Assembly: GCF_017348835.2 (NCBI RefSeq)
Contig: NZ_CP071375.1
Length of the DNA: 64,000 nucleotides
Strand: one strand, 5' to 3'
DNA from: Escherichia coli
GTDB taxonomy: Bacteria > Pseudomonadota > Gammaproteobacteria > Enterobacterales > Enterobacteriaceae
The notes beneath the pieces were generated by a model. The model did no database searches and was not told where the DNA came from. It saw only the letters and a program-made list of their open reading frames with translations. Shown in pieces: positions 10,670 through 22,831 of this stretch. Position numbers and translations under genes: made by a program. Positions within the stretch are counted from its first letter, which is position 1; each line of letters begins with the position of its first letter.

Positions 10670-11620
10670 ATGAGTAAACTTGATACTTTTATCCAACATG
10701 CTGTAAACGCTGTTCCGGTCAGTGGCACTTCTTTGATCTCCTCTCTGTATGGTGATTCGCTTTCCCATCGTGGTGGTGAAATCTGGCTGGGTAGTCTGGC
10801 TGCTTTGCTGGAAGGGCTGGGATTTGGTGAGCGTTTCGTGCGCACCGCTTTGTTTCGTCTTAATAAAGAAGGCTGGCTGGATGTTTCCCGCATCGGGCGA
10901 CGCAGTTTCTATAGCCTCAGTGATAAAGGCTTGCGCCTGACGCGACGGGCAGAAAGTAAAATTTATCGCGCAGAGCAACCTGCATGGGATGGTAAATGGC
11001 TCCTGTTGCTCTCGGAAGGTTTAGATAAAGCGACGCTGGCTGATGTCAAAAAGCAGTTGATCTGGCAAGGTTTTGGCGCACTTGCACCCAGCCTGATGGC
11101 ATCGCCGTCGCAAAAACTGGCGGATGTACAGACACTTTTGCATGAAGCGGGTGTGGCGGATAACGTGATTTGTTTTGAAGCGCAAATACCACTGGCGCTT
11201 TCTCGTGCAGCACTGCGTGCCAGAGTGGAAGAGTGCTGGCATTTAACTGAACAAAATGCCATGTACGAAACCTTTATTCAGTCATTCCGCCCGCTGGTGC
11301 CGCTGTTAAAAGAGACGGCAGACGAGTTAACCCCGGAGCGTGCATTTCATATTCAGCTTTTACTGATCCATTTTTATCGCCGTGTCGTCCTTAAAGACCC
11401 ATTGTTGCCGGAGGAGTTGCTTCCGGCTCACTGGGCAGGGCATACGGCGCGTCAGCTGTGTATCAACATTTATCAGCGCGTAGCGCCTGCTGCTTTAGCG
11501 TTCGTTAGTGAAAAAGGTGAAACCTCGGTCGGTGAACTGCCTGCGCCGGGAAGCCTGTATTTTCAACGTTTTGGCGGCTTGAATATTGAACAGGAGGCGT
11601 TATGCCAATTTACCAGATAG
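10670..11620 (+). CDS. paaX: PaaX transcriptional repressor of the paa operon
   Basis: 316 aa ORF recognised as PaaX. Confidence 0.92.
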   Translation: MSKLDTFIQHAVNAVPVSGTSLISSLYGDSLSHRGGEIWLGSLAALLEGLGFGERFVRTALFRLNKEGWLDVSRIGRRSFYSLSDKGLRLTRRAESKIYRAEQPAWDGKWLLLLSEGLDKATLADVKKQLIWQGFGALAPSLMASPSQKLADVQTLLHEAGVADNVICFEAQIPLALSRAALRARVEECWHLTEQNAMYETFIQSFRPLVPLLKETADELTPERAFHIQLLLIHFYRRVVLKDPLLPEELLPAHWAGHTARQLCINIYQRVAPAALAFVSEKGETSVGELPAPGSLYFQRFGGLNIEQEALCQFTR

Positions 11621-12192
11621 ATGGTCTGACTCCGGTTGTGCCAGAAGAGAGCTTTGTCCATCCGACAGCGGTATTGATCGGCGATGTTATTCTCGGGAAG
11701 GGCGTTTACGTTGGGCCAAATGCCAGCCTGCGTGGCGATTTTGGTCGTATCGTGGTGAAAGATGGCGCGAACATTCAGGATAATTGCGTTATGCACGGTT
11801 TTCCCGAGCAGGATACTGTCGTGGAAGAAGATGGACATATTGGTCATAGCGCTATCCTTCACGGCTGCATTATCCGCCGCAATGCATTAGTGGGAATGAA
11901 CGCGGTAGTGATGGACGGTGCGGTGATTGGTGAGAACAGCATTGTTGGCGCATCCGCATTTGTGAAAGCCAAAGCAGAAATGCCTGCTAATTACCTGATT
12001 GTCGGCAGCCCGGCGAAAGCGATTCGTGAACTCAGTGAGCAGGAGCTGGCATGGAAAAAGCAGGGCACGCATGAGTATCAGGTGCTGGTGACACGCTGTA
12101 AGCAGACGTTGCATCAAGTTGAGCCATTGCGGGAAGTTGAACCGGACAGAAAACGTCTGGTATTTGATGAAAATCTGCGACCAAAACAGTAA
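11602..12192 (+). CDS. paaY: PaaY, hexapeptide-repeat thioesterase/acyltransferase-like protein
   Basis: 196 aa ORF with left-handed beta-helix hexapeptide repeats. Confidence 0.9.
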   Translation: MPIYQIDGLTPVVPEESFVHPTAVLIGDVILGKGVYVGPNASLRGDFGRIVVKDGANIQDNCVMHGFPEQDTVVEEDGHIGHSAILHGCIIRRNALVGMNAVVMDGAVIGENSIVGASAFVKAKAEMPANYLIVGSPAKAIRELSEQELAWKKQGTHEYQVLVTRCKQTLHQVEPLREVEPDRKRLVFDENLRPKQ

Positions 12193-12234
12193 CGTCCAGA
12201 TACTGAACATTCTAATTTTTAGCATGTGATCCCT

Positions 12235-12270
12235 AAACCGCAACCCTGATACAGGTTGCGGTTTTTTTAT
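12235..12270 (+). terminator. Rho-independent terminator after paaY
   Basis: GC-rich hairpin AACCGCAACC...GGTTGCGGTT followed by a T-run. Confidence 0.7.
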
Positions 12271-12423
12271 TGCCGGATGCGGCGCTTTACGCGTTTTGTT
12301 TTGGTGTCTTTCAGGACAATAGAGCAACTCATCCAGTAATCTTGTTTACACCTTCGCATTATTTATCTCTTTTCGTTTCTATACTGATTTTTCTTAATCC
12401 GTTTTATTACAGGGCAGGGTGCG

Positions 12424-13284
12424 ATGAGCAGCAATACATTTACTCTCGGTACTAAATCCGTTAACCGTCTTGGTTATGGCGCGATGCAACTGGCAGGTCC
12501 TGGGGTTTTTGGCCCCCCAAGAGATCGTCATGTCGCTATAACTGTGCTGCGAGAGGCGCTGGCATTGGGCGTCAATCACATTGATACCAGCGACTTTTAT
12601 GGTCCGCACGTCACCAATCAGATTATCCGCGAAGCGCTTTATCCTTACTCTGACGACCTGACAATTGTCACTAAAATTGGTGCGCGGCGTGGAGAGGACG
12701 CTTCCTGGTTGCCCGCCTTTTCTCCGGCAGAGTTGCAAAAAGCGGTGCACGATAATCTACGTAATCTCGGCCTGGACGTACTGGATGTGGTTAACCTGCG
12801 CGTTATGATGGGGGATGGTCATGGCCCAGCGGAAGGATCGATTGAGGCCAGCCTGACCGTGCTGGCAGAGATGCAACAACAAGGCTTGGTAAAACATATT
12901 GGCCTGAGCAACGTCACACCGACGCAGGTTGCAGAGGCGCGTAAGATTACCGAAATCGTCTGTGTGCAGAACGAATACAACATTGCTCATCGTACTGATG
13001 ACGCAATGATTGATGCTTTGGCCCGCGAAGGCATTGCCTATGTGCCGTTCTTCCCGCTCGGGGGCTTTACGCCGCTGCAATCCTCTACGCTGTCGGATGT
13101 TGCTGCGAGCCTGGGTGCAACACCCATGCAGGTGGCGCTGGCGTGGCTGTTACAACGTTCACCGAATATTTTGCTGATCCCAGGGACGTCTTCTGTTGCG
13201 CATTTACGGGAGAATATGGCTGCTGAAAAATTGCATCTTTCTGAGGAAGTGTTGTCTACGTTGGATGGTATTTCGCGAGAATAA
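12424..13284 (+). CDS. ydbC: Aldo-keto reductase family oxidoreductase
   Basis: 286 aa ORF recognised as YdbC. Confidence 0.88.
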   Translation: MSSNTFTLGTKSVNRLGYGAMQLAGPGVFGPPRDRHVAITVLREALALGVNHIDTSDFYGPHVTNQIIREALYPYSDDLTIVTKIGARRGEDASWLPAFSPAELQKAVHDNLRNLGLDVLDVVNLRVMMGDGHGPAEGSIEASLTVLAEMQQQGLVKHIGLSNVTPTQVAEARKITEIVCVQNEYNIAHRTDDAMIDALAREGIAYVPFFPLGGFTPLQSSTLSDVAASLGATPMQVALAWLLQRSPNILLIPGTSSVAHLRENMAAEKLHLSEEVLSTLDGISRE

Positions 13285-13409
13285 CGAGCCAGACGCTCGC
13301 ATATTGTGCTTAAGGAAGATCACAAAGCGATGCTGAAATTATGGGAAAACAGGTAAGTGGATTGAGATGTGGACTGAAGATCTACAGTCCACATCTAGAC
13401 CGTGTCCGG

Positions 13410-14024
<615 letters not shown>

Positions 14025-14215
14025 TTATAGATATTTGAATGGGCGATGCCCCGTTGCTTGTTGACACTTTATTCACAATCCTGCCACAGAGATAGCGCAA
14101 TAAATCGAAGCCTATGTTCGAATTTATTGAACAACGCATAGAAAGCAGCGATGTGGTACTCTATATCTATCATTTAAAAGAAAATTAATCAGGCAGACTA
14201 CTGCCCTCTAACGTT

Positions 14216-17200
14216 ATGACAGAACAACAAAAATTGACCTTTGCTGACTTGCAGCAGCGGCTGGATTCGCTGATGCTGCGCGACAGACAGCGTTTTTCTA
14301 GCCGTCTGCACGGTGTGAAGAAGGTTAAAAATCCTGATGCACAACAGGCCATTTTCCAGGAGATGGCGAAAGAGATTGACCAGGCGGCAGGGAAAGTCCT
14401 GCTGCGTGAAGCGGCACGACCGGAAATTACTTATCCTGACAATTTACCGGTTAGTCAGAAAAAACAGGACATTCTCGAAGCGATTCGTGATCACCAGGTG
14501 GTGATCGTCGCCGGGGAAACGGGTTCTGGTAAAACGACTCAGTTACCGAAAATCTGTATGGAGCTGGGGCGCGGGATTAAAGGGCTGATCGGCCATACCC
14601 AGCCGCGTCGCCTGGCGGCAAGAACGGTGGCGAACCGTATTGCGGAAGAGCTGAAAACGGAGCCGGGCGGTTGCATCGGTTACAAAGTGCGTTTCAGCGA
14701 TCACGTAAGTGATAACACGATGGTCAAGCTGATGACCGACGGTATCCTGCTGGCGGAGATCCAGCAAGACCGCCTGCTGATGCAGTACGACACCATCATT
14801 ATTGACGAAGCGCACGAACGCAGCCTGAATATCGATTTTCTGCTCGGCTATTTGAAAGAGTTGCTGCCGCGGCGTCCTGACCTAAAAATCATTATCACTT
14901 CCGCGACTATCGACCCGGAACGCTTTTCGCGCCACTTTAATAATGCGCCGATTATCGAAGTCTCCGGTCGGACCTATCCGGTGGAAGTGCGCTATCGCCC
15001 GATTGTTGAAGAAGCCGATGACACCGAGCGCGATCAGTTGCAGGCGATTTTTGACGCCGTAGACGAACTGAGCCAGGAAAGCCCCGGCGACATTCTGATC
15101 TTTATGAGCGGCGAGAGGGAAATCCGCGATACCGCCGATGCGCTGAACAAGCTGAACTTACGCCATACCGAAATCTTGCCGCTTTATGCACGACTTTCGA
15201 ACAGCGAACAGAACCGCGTGTTCCAGTCGCACAGCGGACGGCGTATTGTGCTGGCGACCAACGTCGCGGAAACCTCGCTGACCGTACCGGGGATTAAATA
15301 CGTTATCGACCCCGGTACAGCGCGTATCAGCCGCTACAGCTATCGCACCAAAGTGCAGCGTTTGCCGATTGAGCCGATTTCCCAGGCGTCTGCCAATCAG
15401 CGTAAAGGCCGCTGTGGTCGTGTGTCCGAAGGGATCTGTATTCGTCTCTATTCCGAAGACGATTTCCTCTCGCGCCCGGAGTTTACCGACCCGGAAATTC
15501 TGCGTACCAACCTGGCCTCGGTTATTTTGCAGATGACCGCGCTGGGGCTGGGCGATATCGCTGCGTTCCCGTTTGTCGAAGCACCGGATAAACGCAATAT
15601 CCAGGATGGCGTGCGTCTGCTCGAAGAGCTGGGCGCGATCACCACTGATGAACAGGCCAGCGCCTATAAACTGACGCCGCTCGGTCGCCAGCTCTCGCAG
15701 TTGCCTGTCGACCCACGTCTGGCGCGTATGGTGCTGGAAGCGCAAAAACATGGCTGCGTGCGTGAGGCGATGATTATCACGTCCGCGCTCTCCATTCAGG
15801 ATCCGCGCGAGCGTCCGATGGACAAGCAGCAGGCATCGGACGAAAAACATCGTCGCTTCCACGACAAAGAGTCTGACTTCCTCGCGTTTGTGAATCTGTG
15901 GAATTATCTTGGCGAGCAGCAAAAGGCGCTTTCTTCCAACGCCTTCCGTCGCCTGTGTCGTACCGATTATCTCAACTATCTGCGCGTGCGCGAATGGCAG
16001 GATATCTACACCCAGTTGCGCCAGGTGGTGAAAGAACTCGGCATTCCGGTGAACAGCGAACCGGCGGAATATCGCGAAATTCACATTGCGTTGCTGACGG
16101 GTTTGCTTTCCCATATCGGCATGAAAGACGCCGATAAACAAGAATATACCGGCGCACGTAACGCACGTTTCTCCATCTTCCCCGGTTCTGGTTTATTCAA
16201 AAAGCCGCCGAAATGGGTAATGGTGGCGGAACTGGTAGAAACCAGCCGCCTGTGGGGACGTATTGCGGCACGCATCGATCCAGAATGGGTGGAACCCGTC
16301 GCTCAGCATTTGATTAAACGCACCTACAGCGAACCGCACTGGGAACGGGCGCAGGGCGCGGTGATGGCAACGGAAAAAGTCACTGTTTATGGTTTGCCGA
16401 TTGTTGCTGCGCGCAAGGTCAACTACAGCCAGATCGATCCGGCGTTATGTCGTGAACTCTTTATTCGCCACGCTCTGGTGGAAGGTGACTGGCAGACGCG
16501 TCACGCATTCTTCCGTGAAAACCTGAAACTGCGGGCCGAAGTGGAAGAGCTGGAACACAAATCACGTCGCCGCGATATTCTGGTTGATGACGAAACGTTG
16601 TTTGAGTTCTACGACCAGCGCATCAGCCACGATGTAATCTCCGCTCGTCACTTCGACAGTTGGTGGAAAAAAGTTAGCCGCGAAACGCCTGATTTGCTCA
16701 ACTTTGAAAAGAGCATGTTGATCAAAGAAGGGGCGGAAAAAATCAGCAAGCTGGATTATCCGAACTTCTGGCATCAGGGCAATCTCAAGCTGCGTTTGAG
16801 CTATCAGTTTGAGCCCGGCGCGGATGCTGACGGTGTGACCGTACATATTCCGCTGCCGTTACTTAACCAGGTTGAGGAAAGCGGGTTTGAATGGCAGATC
16901 CCCGGTCTGCGCCGCGAACTGGTGATTGCTCTGATTAAATCGTTGCCGAAACCGGTACGCCGTAATTTTGTACCCGCGCCAAACTACGCCGAAGCGTTTT
17001 TAGGCCGCGTCACACCGCTGGAGTTACCGTTGCTTGACAGCCTTGAGCGCGAGTTACGGCGGATGACCGGCGTTACCGTTGACCGCGAAGACTGGCACTG
17101 GGATCAGGTGCCCGATCACCTGAAAATCACCTTCCGCGTGGTGGATGACAAAAACAAGAAGCTAAAAGAAGGGCGCTCGCTACAAGATCTGAAAGATGCG

Positions 17201-18118
17201 CTGAAAGGCAAAGTGCAGGAAACGCTGTCTGCGGTGGCGGATGACGGTATCGAGCAGAGCGGCTTACATATCTGGAGTTTTGGTCAGCTGCCGGAAAGCT
17301 ACGAACAGAAGCGTGGCAACTACAAAGTGAAGGCGTGGCCAGCGCTGGTGGATGAGCGCGACAGCGTGGCGATCAAACTGTTTGATAATCCGCTGGAGCA
17401 AAAGCAGGCAATGTGGAACGGTCTTCGCCGTCTACTGCTGCTGAATATTCCATCGCCGATCAAGTATTTGCATGAAAAGTTACCGAACAAAGCCAAGCTG
17501 GGGCTGTACTTTAACCCGTATGGCAAAGTGCTGGAGCTGATCGACGACTGTATCTCCTGCGGTGTGGATCAACTGATCGACGCCAATGGTGGCCCGGTCT
17601 GGACGGAAGAAGGCTTTGCTGCGCTGCATGAGAAAGTGCGTGCCGAACTGAACGACACGGTGGTAGATATTGCGAAGCAGGTCGAGCAAATTCTTACGGC
17701 AGTGTTCAATATCAACAAACGTCTGAAAGGGCGGGTGGATATGACCATGGCGCTGGGGCTTTCTGACATTAAAGCGCAGATGGGCGGGTTGGTGTATCGC
17801 GGTTTTGTCACTGGTAACGGCTTCAAACGGCTGGGCGACACGCTGCGATATTTGCAGGCGATTGAAAAACGGCTGGAAAAACTGGCGGTTGTTCCGCATC
17901 GCGACCGTGCTCAGATGCTGAAAGTCGAAAACGTCCAGCAGGCGTGGCAGCAATGGATCAACAAACTGCCGCCCGCACGTCGTGAGGATGAAGACGTGAA
18001 AGAGATCCGTTGGATGATAGAAGAGTTGCGCGTTAGTTACTTCGCTCAACAACTTGGTACGCCTTATCCGGTTTCAGATAAGCGTATTTTGCAGGCGATG
18101 GAGCAGATTAGCGGTTAA
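14216..18118 (+). CDS. hrpA: ATP-dependent RNA helicase HrpA (DEAH-box)
   Basis: 1300 aa ORF with Walker A GETGSGKT and DEAH motifs. Confidence 0.95.
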   Translation: MTEQQKLTFADLQQRLDSLMLRDRQRFSSRLHGVKKVKNPDAQQAIFQEMAKEIDQAAGKVLLREAARPEITYPDNLPVSQKKQDILEAIRDHQVVIVAGETGSGKTTQLPKICMELGRGIKGLIGHTQPRRLAARTVANRIAEELKTEPGGCIGYKVRFSDHVSDNTMVKLMTDGILLAEIQQDRLLMQYDTIIIDEAHERSLNIDFLLGYLKELLPRRPDLKIIITSATIDPERFSRHFNNAPIIEVSGRTYPVEVRYRPIVEEADDTERDQLQAIFDAVDELSQESPGDILIFMSGEREIRDTADALNKLNLRHTEILPLYARLSNSEQNRVFQSHSGRRIVLATNVAETSLTVPGIKYVIDPGTARISRYSYRTKVQRLPIEPISQASANQRKGRCGRVSEGICIRLYSEDDFLSRPEFTDPEILRTNLASVILQMTALGLGDIAAFPFVEAPDKRNIQDGVRLLEELGAITTDEQASAYKLTPLGRQLSQLPVDPRLARMVLEAQKHGCVREAMIITSALSIQDPRERPMDKQQASDEKHRRFHDKESDFLAFVNLWNYLGEQQKALSSNAFRRLCRTDYLNYLRVREWQDIYTQLRQVVKELGIPVNSEPAEYREIHIALLTGLLSHIGMKDADKQEYTGARNARFSIFPGSGLFKKPPKWVMVAELVETSRLWGRIAARIDPEWVEPVAQHLIKRTYSEPHWERAQGAVMATEKVTVYGLPIVAARKVNYSQIDPALCRELFIRHALVEGDWQTRHAFFRENLKLRAEVEELEHKSRRRDILVDDETLFEFYDQRISHDVISARHFDSWWKKVSRETPDLLNFEKSMLIKEGAEKISKLDYPNFWHQGNLKLRLSYQFEPGADADGVTVHIPLPLLNQVEESGFEWQIPGLRRELVIALIKSLPKPVRRNFVPAPNYAEAFLGRVTPLELPLLDSLERELRRMTGVTVDREDWHWDQVPDHLKITFRVVDDKNKKLKEGRSLQDLKDALKGKVQETLSAVADDGIEQSGLHIWSFGQLPESYEQKRGNYKVKAWPALVDERDSVAIKLFDNPLEQKQAMWNGLRRLLLLNIPSPIKYLHEKLPNKAKLGLYFNPYGKVLELIDDCISCGVDQLIDANGGPVWTEEGFAALHEKVRAELNDTVVDIAKQVEQILTAVFNINKRLKGRVDMTMALGLSDIKAQMGGLVYRGFVTGNGFKRLGDTLRYLQAIEKRLEKLAVVPHRDRAQMLKVENVQQAWQQWINKLPPARREDEDVKEIRWMIEELRVSYFAQQLGTPYPVSDKRILQAMEQISG

Positions 18119-18143
18119 CACTGCTATTTGCCTGATAAATCTA

Positions 18144-18177
18144 AAACCCGGTAAGCATTTAGCGCCGGGTTTTTTAT
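18144..18177 (+). terminator. Rho-independent terminator after hrpA
   Basis: Hairpin CCCGG...CCGGG followed by TTTTTT. Confidence 0.65.
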
Positions 18178-18389
18178 TAATTCTAAAACGGTAAGGGCAA
18201 AAATTCAGGAATTCAGAAAAATACAATTCTCTGCTGCAAGATGAATAATGTTTATCTACAGCATTTCCTTAAAAGTTATGTCGGGCTTGCGGAGTGGCGG
18301 TTAAGGAAATACGACTTCCTCCTTTCAGAGTGCTCCGCTTCTCACTATTATCTCACGCAGTATTCTTAAGGGAACGATAAGGAGGAACC

Positions 18390-19190
18390 ATGAACATTAC
18401 CCCGTTTCCGACGCTTTCGACGGCAACTATAGATGCCATAAATGTTATCGGACAGTGGCTGGCGCAGGATGATTTCTCCGGTGAGGTGCCGTATCAGGCC
18501 GATTGCGTCATACTTGCAGGCAATGCGGTTATGCCGACTATAGATGCGGCATGTAAGATTGCCCGCGATCAGCAAATTCCTTTACTGATTAGTGGTGGTA
18601 TCGGTCACTCGACAACTTTTTTGTATAGCGCCATCGCACAGCATCCGCACTACAACACTATCCGCACCACTGGCAGAGCAGAAGCGACCATCCTGGCGGA
18701 TATCGCTCATCAGTTCTGGCATATTCCGCATGAAAAAATCTGGATTGAAGACCAGTCAACAAACTGCGGTGAAAACGCACGCTTTAGCATCGCGCTATTG
18801 AATCAGGCCGTAGAACGAGTTCACACAGCTATCGTTGTACAGGACCCCACCATGCAGCGGCGCACGATGGCGACGTTCCGCCGTATGACCGGGGACAATC
18901 CCGATGCACCACGCTGGTTAAGTTATCCCGGATTCGTTCCTCAGTTAGGAAATAACGCAGACAGTGTAATCTTTATTAATCAGTTACAAGGATTATGGCC
19001 GGTTGAGCGTTATCTCTCACTACTCACTGGCGAGCTGCCGCGTTTACGCGATGATAGCGATGGCTACGGTCCCCGCGGGCGAGATTTTATCGTTCACGTT
19101 GATTTTCCGGCAGAAGTCATCCATGCATGGCAAACGCTGAAACACGATGCGGTGCTCATCGAGGCGATGGAAAGTCGCTCGTTACGTTAA
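18390..19190 (+). CDS. ydcF: DUF218 family protein YdcF
   Basis: 266 aa ORF recognised as YdcF. Confidence 0.88.
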
Positions 19191-19386
19191 AAATTGCCCG
19201 TTTGTGAACCACTTGTTTGCAAACGGGCATAACTCCTGCCTTTTATTTCTGCCTCTTATTCCTTTTACACTTGTTTTTATGAAGCCCTTCACAGAATTGT
19301 CCTTTCATGATGCCGTCTCTATGATGATTGATGTTAATTAACAATGTATTTACCAAAAACAAACATATAAATCACAGGAGTCGCCC

Positions 19387-20826
19387 ATGTCAGTACCCGT
19401 TCAACATCCTATGTATATTGATGGACAGTTTGTTACCTGGCGTGGAGACGCATGGATTGATGTGGTAAACCCTGCTACAGAGGCTGTCATTTCCCGCATA
19501 CCCGATGGTCAGGCCGAGGATGCTCGTAAGGCAATCGATGCAGCAGAACGTGCACAACCAGAATGGGAAGCGTTGCCTGCAATTGAACGCGCCAGTTGGT
19601 TGCGCAAAATCTCCGCCGGGATCCGCGAACGCGCCAGTGAAATCAGTGCGCTGATTGTTGAAGAAGGGGGCAAGATCCAGCAGCTGGCTGAAGTCGAAGT
19701 GGCTTTTACTGCCGACTATATCGATTACATGGCGGAGTGGGCACGGCGTTACGAGGGCGAGATTATTCAAAGCGATCGCCCAGGAGAAAATATTCTTCTG
19801 TTTAAACGTGCGCTTGGTGTGACTACCGGCATTCTGCCGTGGAACTTCCCGTTCTTCCTCATTGCCCGCAAAATGGCTCCCGCTCTTTTGACCGGTAATA
19901 CCATCGTCATTAAACCCAGTGAATTTACGCCAAACAATGCGATTGCATTCGCCAAAATCGTCGATGAAATAGGCCTTCCGCGCGGCGTGTTTAACCTTGT
20001 TCTGGGGCGTGGTGAAACCGTTGGGCAAGAACTGGCGGGTAACCCAAAGGTCGCAATGGTCAGTATGACAGGCAGCGTCTCTGCAGGTGAGAAGATCATG
20101 GCGACTGCGGCGAAAAACATCACCAAAGTGTGTCTGGAATTGGGTGGTAAAGCACCAGCTATCGTAATGGACGATGCCGATCTTGAACTGGCAGTCAAAG
20201 CCATCGTTGATTCACGCGTCATTAATAGTGGGCAAGTGTGTAACTGTGCAGAACGTGTTTATGTACAGAAAGGCATTTATGATCAGTTCGTCAATCGGCT
20301 GGGTGAAGCGATGCAGGCGGTTCAATTTGGTAACCCCGCTGAACGCAACGACATTGCGATGGGGCCGTTGATTAACGCCGCGGCGCTGGAAAGGGTCGAG
20401 CAAAAAGTGGCGCGCGCAGTAGAAGAAGGGGCGAGAGTGGCGTTGGGTGGCAAAGCGGTAGAGGGGAAAGGATATTATTATCCGCCGACATTGCTGCTGG
20501 ATGTTCGCCAGGAAATGTCGATTATGCATGAGGAAACCTTTGGCCCGGTGCTGCCGGTGGTCGCATTTGACACGCTGGAAGATGCTATCTCAATGGCTAA
20601 TGACAGTGATTACGGCCTGACCTCATCAATCTATACCCAAAATCTGAACGTCGCGATGAAAGCCATTAAAGGGCTGAAGTTTGGTGAAACGTACATCAAC
20701 CGTGAAAACTTCGAAGCTATGCAAGGCTTCCACGCCGGATGGCGTAAATCCGGTATTGGCGGCGCAGATGGTAAACATGGCCTGCATGAATATCTGCAGA
20801 CCCAGGTGGTTTATTTACAGTCTTAA
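19387..20826 (+). CDS. aldA: Lactaldehyde dehydrogenase
   Basis: 479 aa aldehyde dehydrogenase ORF recognised as AldA. Confidence 0.93.
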   Translation: MSVPVQHPMYIDGQFVTWRGDAWIDVVNPATEAVISRIPDGQAEDARKAIDAAERAQPEWEALPAIERASWLRKISAGIRERASEISALIVEEGGKIQQLAEVEVAFTADYIDYMAEWARRYEGEIIQSDRPGENILLFKRALGVTTGILPWNFPFFLIARKMAPALLTGNTIVIKPSEFTPNNAIAFAKIVDEIGLPRGVFNLVLGRGETVGQELAGNPKVAMVSMTGSVSAGEKIMATAAKNITKVCLELGGKAPAIVMDDADLELAVKAIVDSRVINSGQVCNCAERVYVQKGIYDQFVNRLGEAMQAVQFGNPAERNDIAMGPLINAAALERVEQKVARAVEEGARVALGGKAVEGKGYYYPPTLLLDVRQEMSIMHEETFGPVLPVVAFDTLEDAISMANDSDYGLTSSIYTQNLNVAMKAIKGLKFGETYINRENFEAMQGFHAGWRKSGIGGADGKHGLHEYLQTQVVYLQS

Positions 20827-20834
20827 TGAGTGAA

Positions 20835-20862
20835 AGAGGCGGAGGTTTTTTCCTCCGCCTGT
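20835..20862. terminator. Bidirectional terminator between convergent aldA and gapC
   Basis: Hairpin AGGCGGAGG-TTTTTT-CCTCCGCCT flanked by T/A runs on both strands. Confidence 0.65.
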
Positions 20863-20867
20863 GCGCG

Positions 20868-21869
20868 TCAGAGTTTAGCGAATTTTTCGAGGGTGCGAAT
20901 AAGCTGCGTGACGAAGCCATATTCGTTATCGTACCAGGCGACCGTTTTCACCAGTTGTAAATCGCCCACGGCGGTAATTTCCGTTTGCGTGGCATCAAAC
21001 ACCGAACCGAAATGGCTGCCAATGATATCGGAAGAGACTATTTCTTCATCGGTATAACCAAATGACTCGTTATTGGTGGTTGCTTGTTTAAGTGCGTTAT
21101 TCACCTCTTCGGCAGTCACTTTTTTTCCGAGAATCGATACCAGTTCAGTGACCGAACCTGTTTTCACCGGCACGCGTTGCGCATGACCTTTCAGTTTGCC
21201 GCTCAGTTCCGGGATCACCAGACCAATGGCTTTTGCCGCGCCCGTAGTGTGGGGAATGATATTTTCTGCCGCTGCGCGTGAAGCACGTAAATCTTTACCA
21301 CGCGGGCCATCCACCAGTGACTGGGTGCCAGTATAGGCATGAATGGTCGTCATCGTGCCGACTTCTATCCCGAAACTGTCATGCAAGGCTTTGGCCATCG
21401 GCGCAAGGCAGTTAGTGGTGCATGACGCCACGGAAACAATGGTGTCGTTGCCATCCAGAGTGTCGTCATTAACGTTATAAACGATGGTTTTCATTTCACC
21501 GGCAGGAGCGGAAATCAACACCTTCTTCGCGCCAGCATCAAGATGCGCCTGCGATTTCTCGGCGGAGGTATAAAAGCCAGTACATTCGACAATGATTTCT
21601 GCACCTTTCGCTTTCCACGGAATATTTTTAGCCTCTTTTTCGGCGTAAACCGCGATACTTTTCCCATTAACGATAAGTGAATCTTCCGTAAAATCAACGC
21701 TCCAGGGGAACGGACCATAGTTTGAATCATGTTTCAGCAGATAGGCGAGAATTTTTGGGGAAGTAAGATCATTAATAGCGACAACGTCTATGTTGCTTTT
21801 GACTTCAAGTAATCGACGCAACACCAGTCGACCGATACGACCAAAACCGTTAATACCAACTTTACTCAT
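20868..21869 (-). CDS. gapC: Glyceraldehyde-3-phosphate dehydrogenase C, uninterrupted
   Basis: Continuous 333 aa GAPDH ORF ([14 protein letters not shown]... active-site SCTTNC). Confidence 0.9.
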   Translation of the reverse strand: MSKVGINGFGRIGRLVLRRLLEVKSNIDVVAINDLTSPKILAYLLKHDSNYGPFPWSVDFTEDSLIVNGKSIAVYAEKEAKNIPWKAKGAEIIVECTGFYTSAEKSQAHLDAGAKKVLISAPAGEMKTIVYNVNDDTLDGNDTIVSVASCTTNCLAPMAKALHDSFGIEVGTMTTIHAYTGTQSLVDGPRGKDLRASRAAAENIIPHTTGAAKAIGLVIPELSGKLKGHAQRVPVKTGSVTELVSILGKKVTAEEVNNALKQATTNNESFGYTDEEIVSSDIIGSHFGSVFDATQTEITAVGDLQLVKTVAWYDNEYGFVTQLIRTLEKFAKL

Positions 21870-22057
21870 GGTTTTCTCCTGTCAGGAACGTTCGGATGAA
21901 AATTGATCCTTTCCAGGCTTAGACCAGGATGGCGGGATGGGCAATCTCCATTCTTACAGTGAAACGTAACGTACTGAAAACGGGTGAACAATATTTAATG
22001 AAATTTTGAGAAAAGCCCGTTATGTTAACGGAAAATTATGTTAAAGCAGGAAATGTT

Positions 22058-22588
22058 ATGGAAAATAAATACTCAAGGTTACAAATCAGCATTCACTGGC
22101 TGGTCTTTTTGCTGGTTATCGCAGCGTATTGCGCAATGGAGTTTCGTGGTTTCTTCCCACGTAGCGATCGGCCACTCATCAACATGATTCATGTTTCCTG
22201 TGGCATCTCAATTCTCGTGCTGATGGTGGTTCGTCTTTTGTTAAGACTGAAATACCCAACCCCGCCGATTATACCTAAGCCGAAACCGATGATGACGGGA
22301 CTGGCGCATTTGGGACATTTGGTGATTTATCTCCTGTTTATTGCGCTGCCAGTGATTGGTTTGGTGATGATGTATAACCGAGGCAACCCGTGGTTTGCGT
22401 TTGGTATGACGATGCCTTACGCTTCAGAGGCCAATTTCGAACGGGTAGATAGCTTAAAGTCGTGGCATGAAACGCTGGCGAATCTGGGATACTTTGTCAT
22501 CGGGTTGCACGCTGCGGCCGCACTGGCACACCACTATTTCTGGAAGGACAACACACTTCTACGCATGATGCCGCGTAAACGTTCCTGA
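22058..22588 (+). CDS. cybB: Cytochrome b561
   Basis: 176 aa from ATG at 22058 (MENKYSRLQISIHWLVF...), multiple TM helices. Confidence 0.9.
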   Translation: MENKYSRLQISIHWLVFLLVIAAYCAMEFRGFFPRSDRPLINMIHVSCGISILVLMVVRLLLRLKYPTPPIIPKPKPMMTGLAHLGHLVIYLLFIALPVIGLVMMYNRGNPWFAFGMTMPYASEANFERVDSLKSWHETLANLGYFVIGLHAAAALAHHYFWKDNTLLRMMPRKRS

Positions 22589-22598
22589 AGGATATTTA

Positions 22599-22662
22599 AA
22601 GAAAACGCCTGTACTAAAACCGACCCGTGGTACAGGCGAAGAATACGGGTCTACATCGGAAG
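22599..22662 (-). ncRNA. rydC: RydC small regulatory RNA
   Basis: Minus-strand sequence CTTCCGATGTAGACCCGTATTCTTCGCCTGTACCACGGGTCGGTTTTAGTACAGGCGTTTTCTT matches the recalled RydC sequence and the cybB-ydcA intergenic location. Confidence 0.75.
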
Positions 22663-22831
22663 CGCCTATTATATTTATTTGTATGACAAATAAAACCATA
22701 ATCCTTGCCCATACGTCCATCTGGCTTATTTTTAATCAATTCACCCGATCTTTGATCTCATCAACGGTATCAAAATAAACCAGCGTATAACGTTCAAATC
22801 GAACATAAGATTCGATAAACCATGGAGGTTA

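Noticed and set aside
15158-16141. 327-aa minus-strand ORF inside hrpA
   Set aside because: Antisense shadow ORF wholly within the well-supported hrpA frame; Arg/His-rich, low-complexity translation typical of antisense reading of a GC-rich gene
19390-20028. 212-aa minus-strand ORF
   Set aside because: Antisense shadow within aldA
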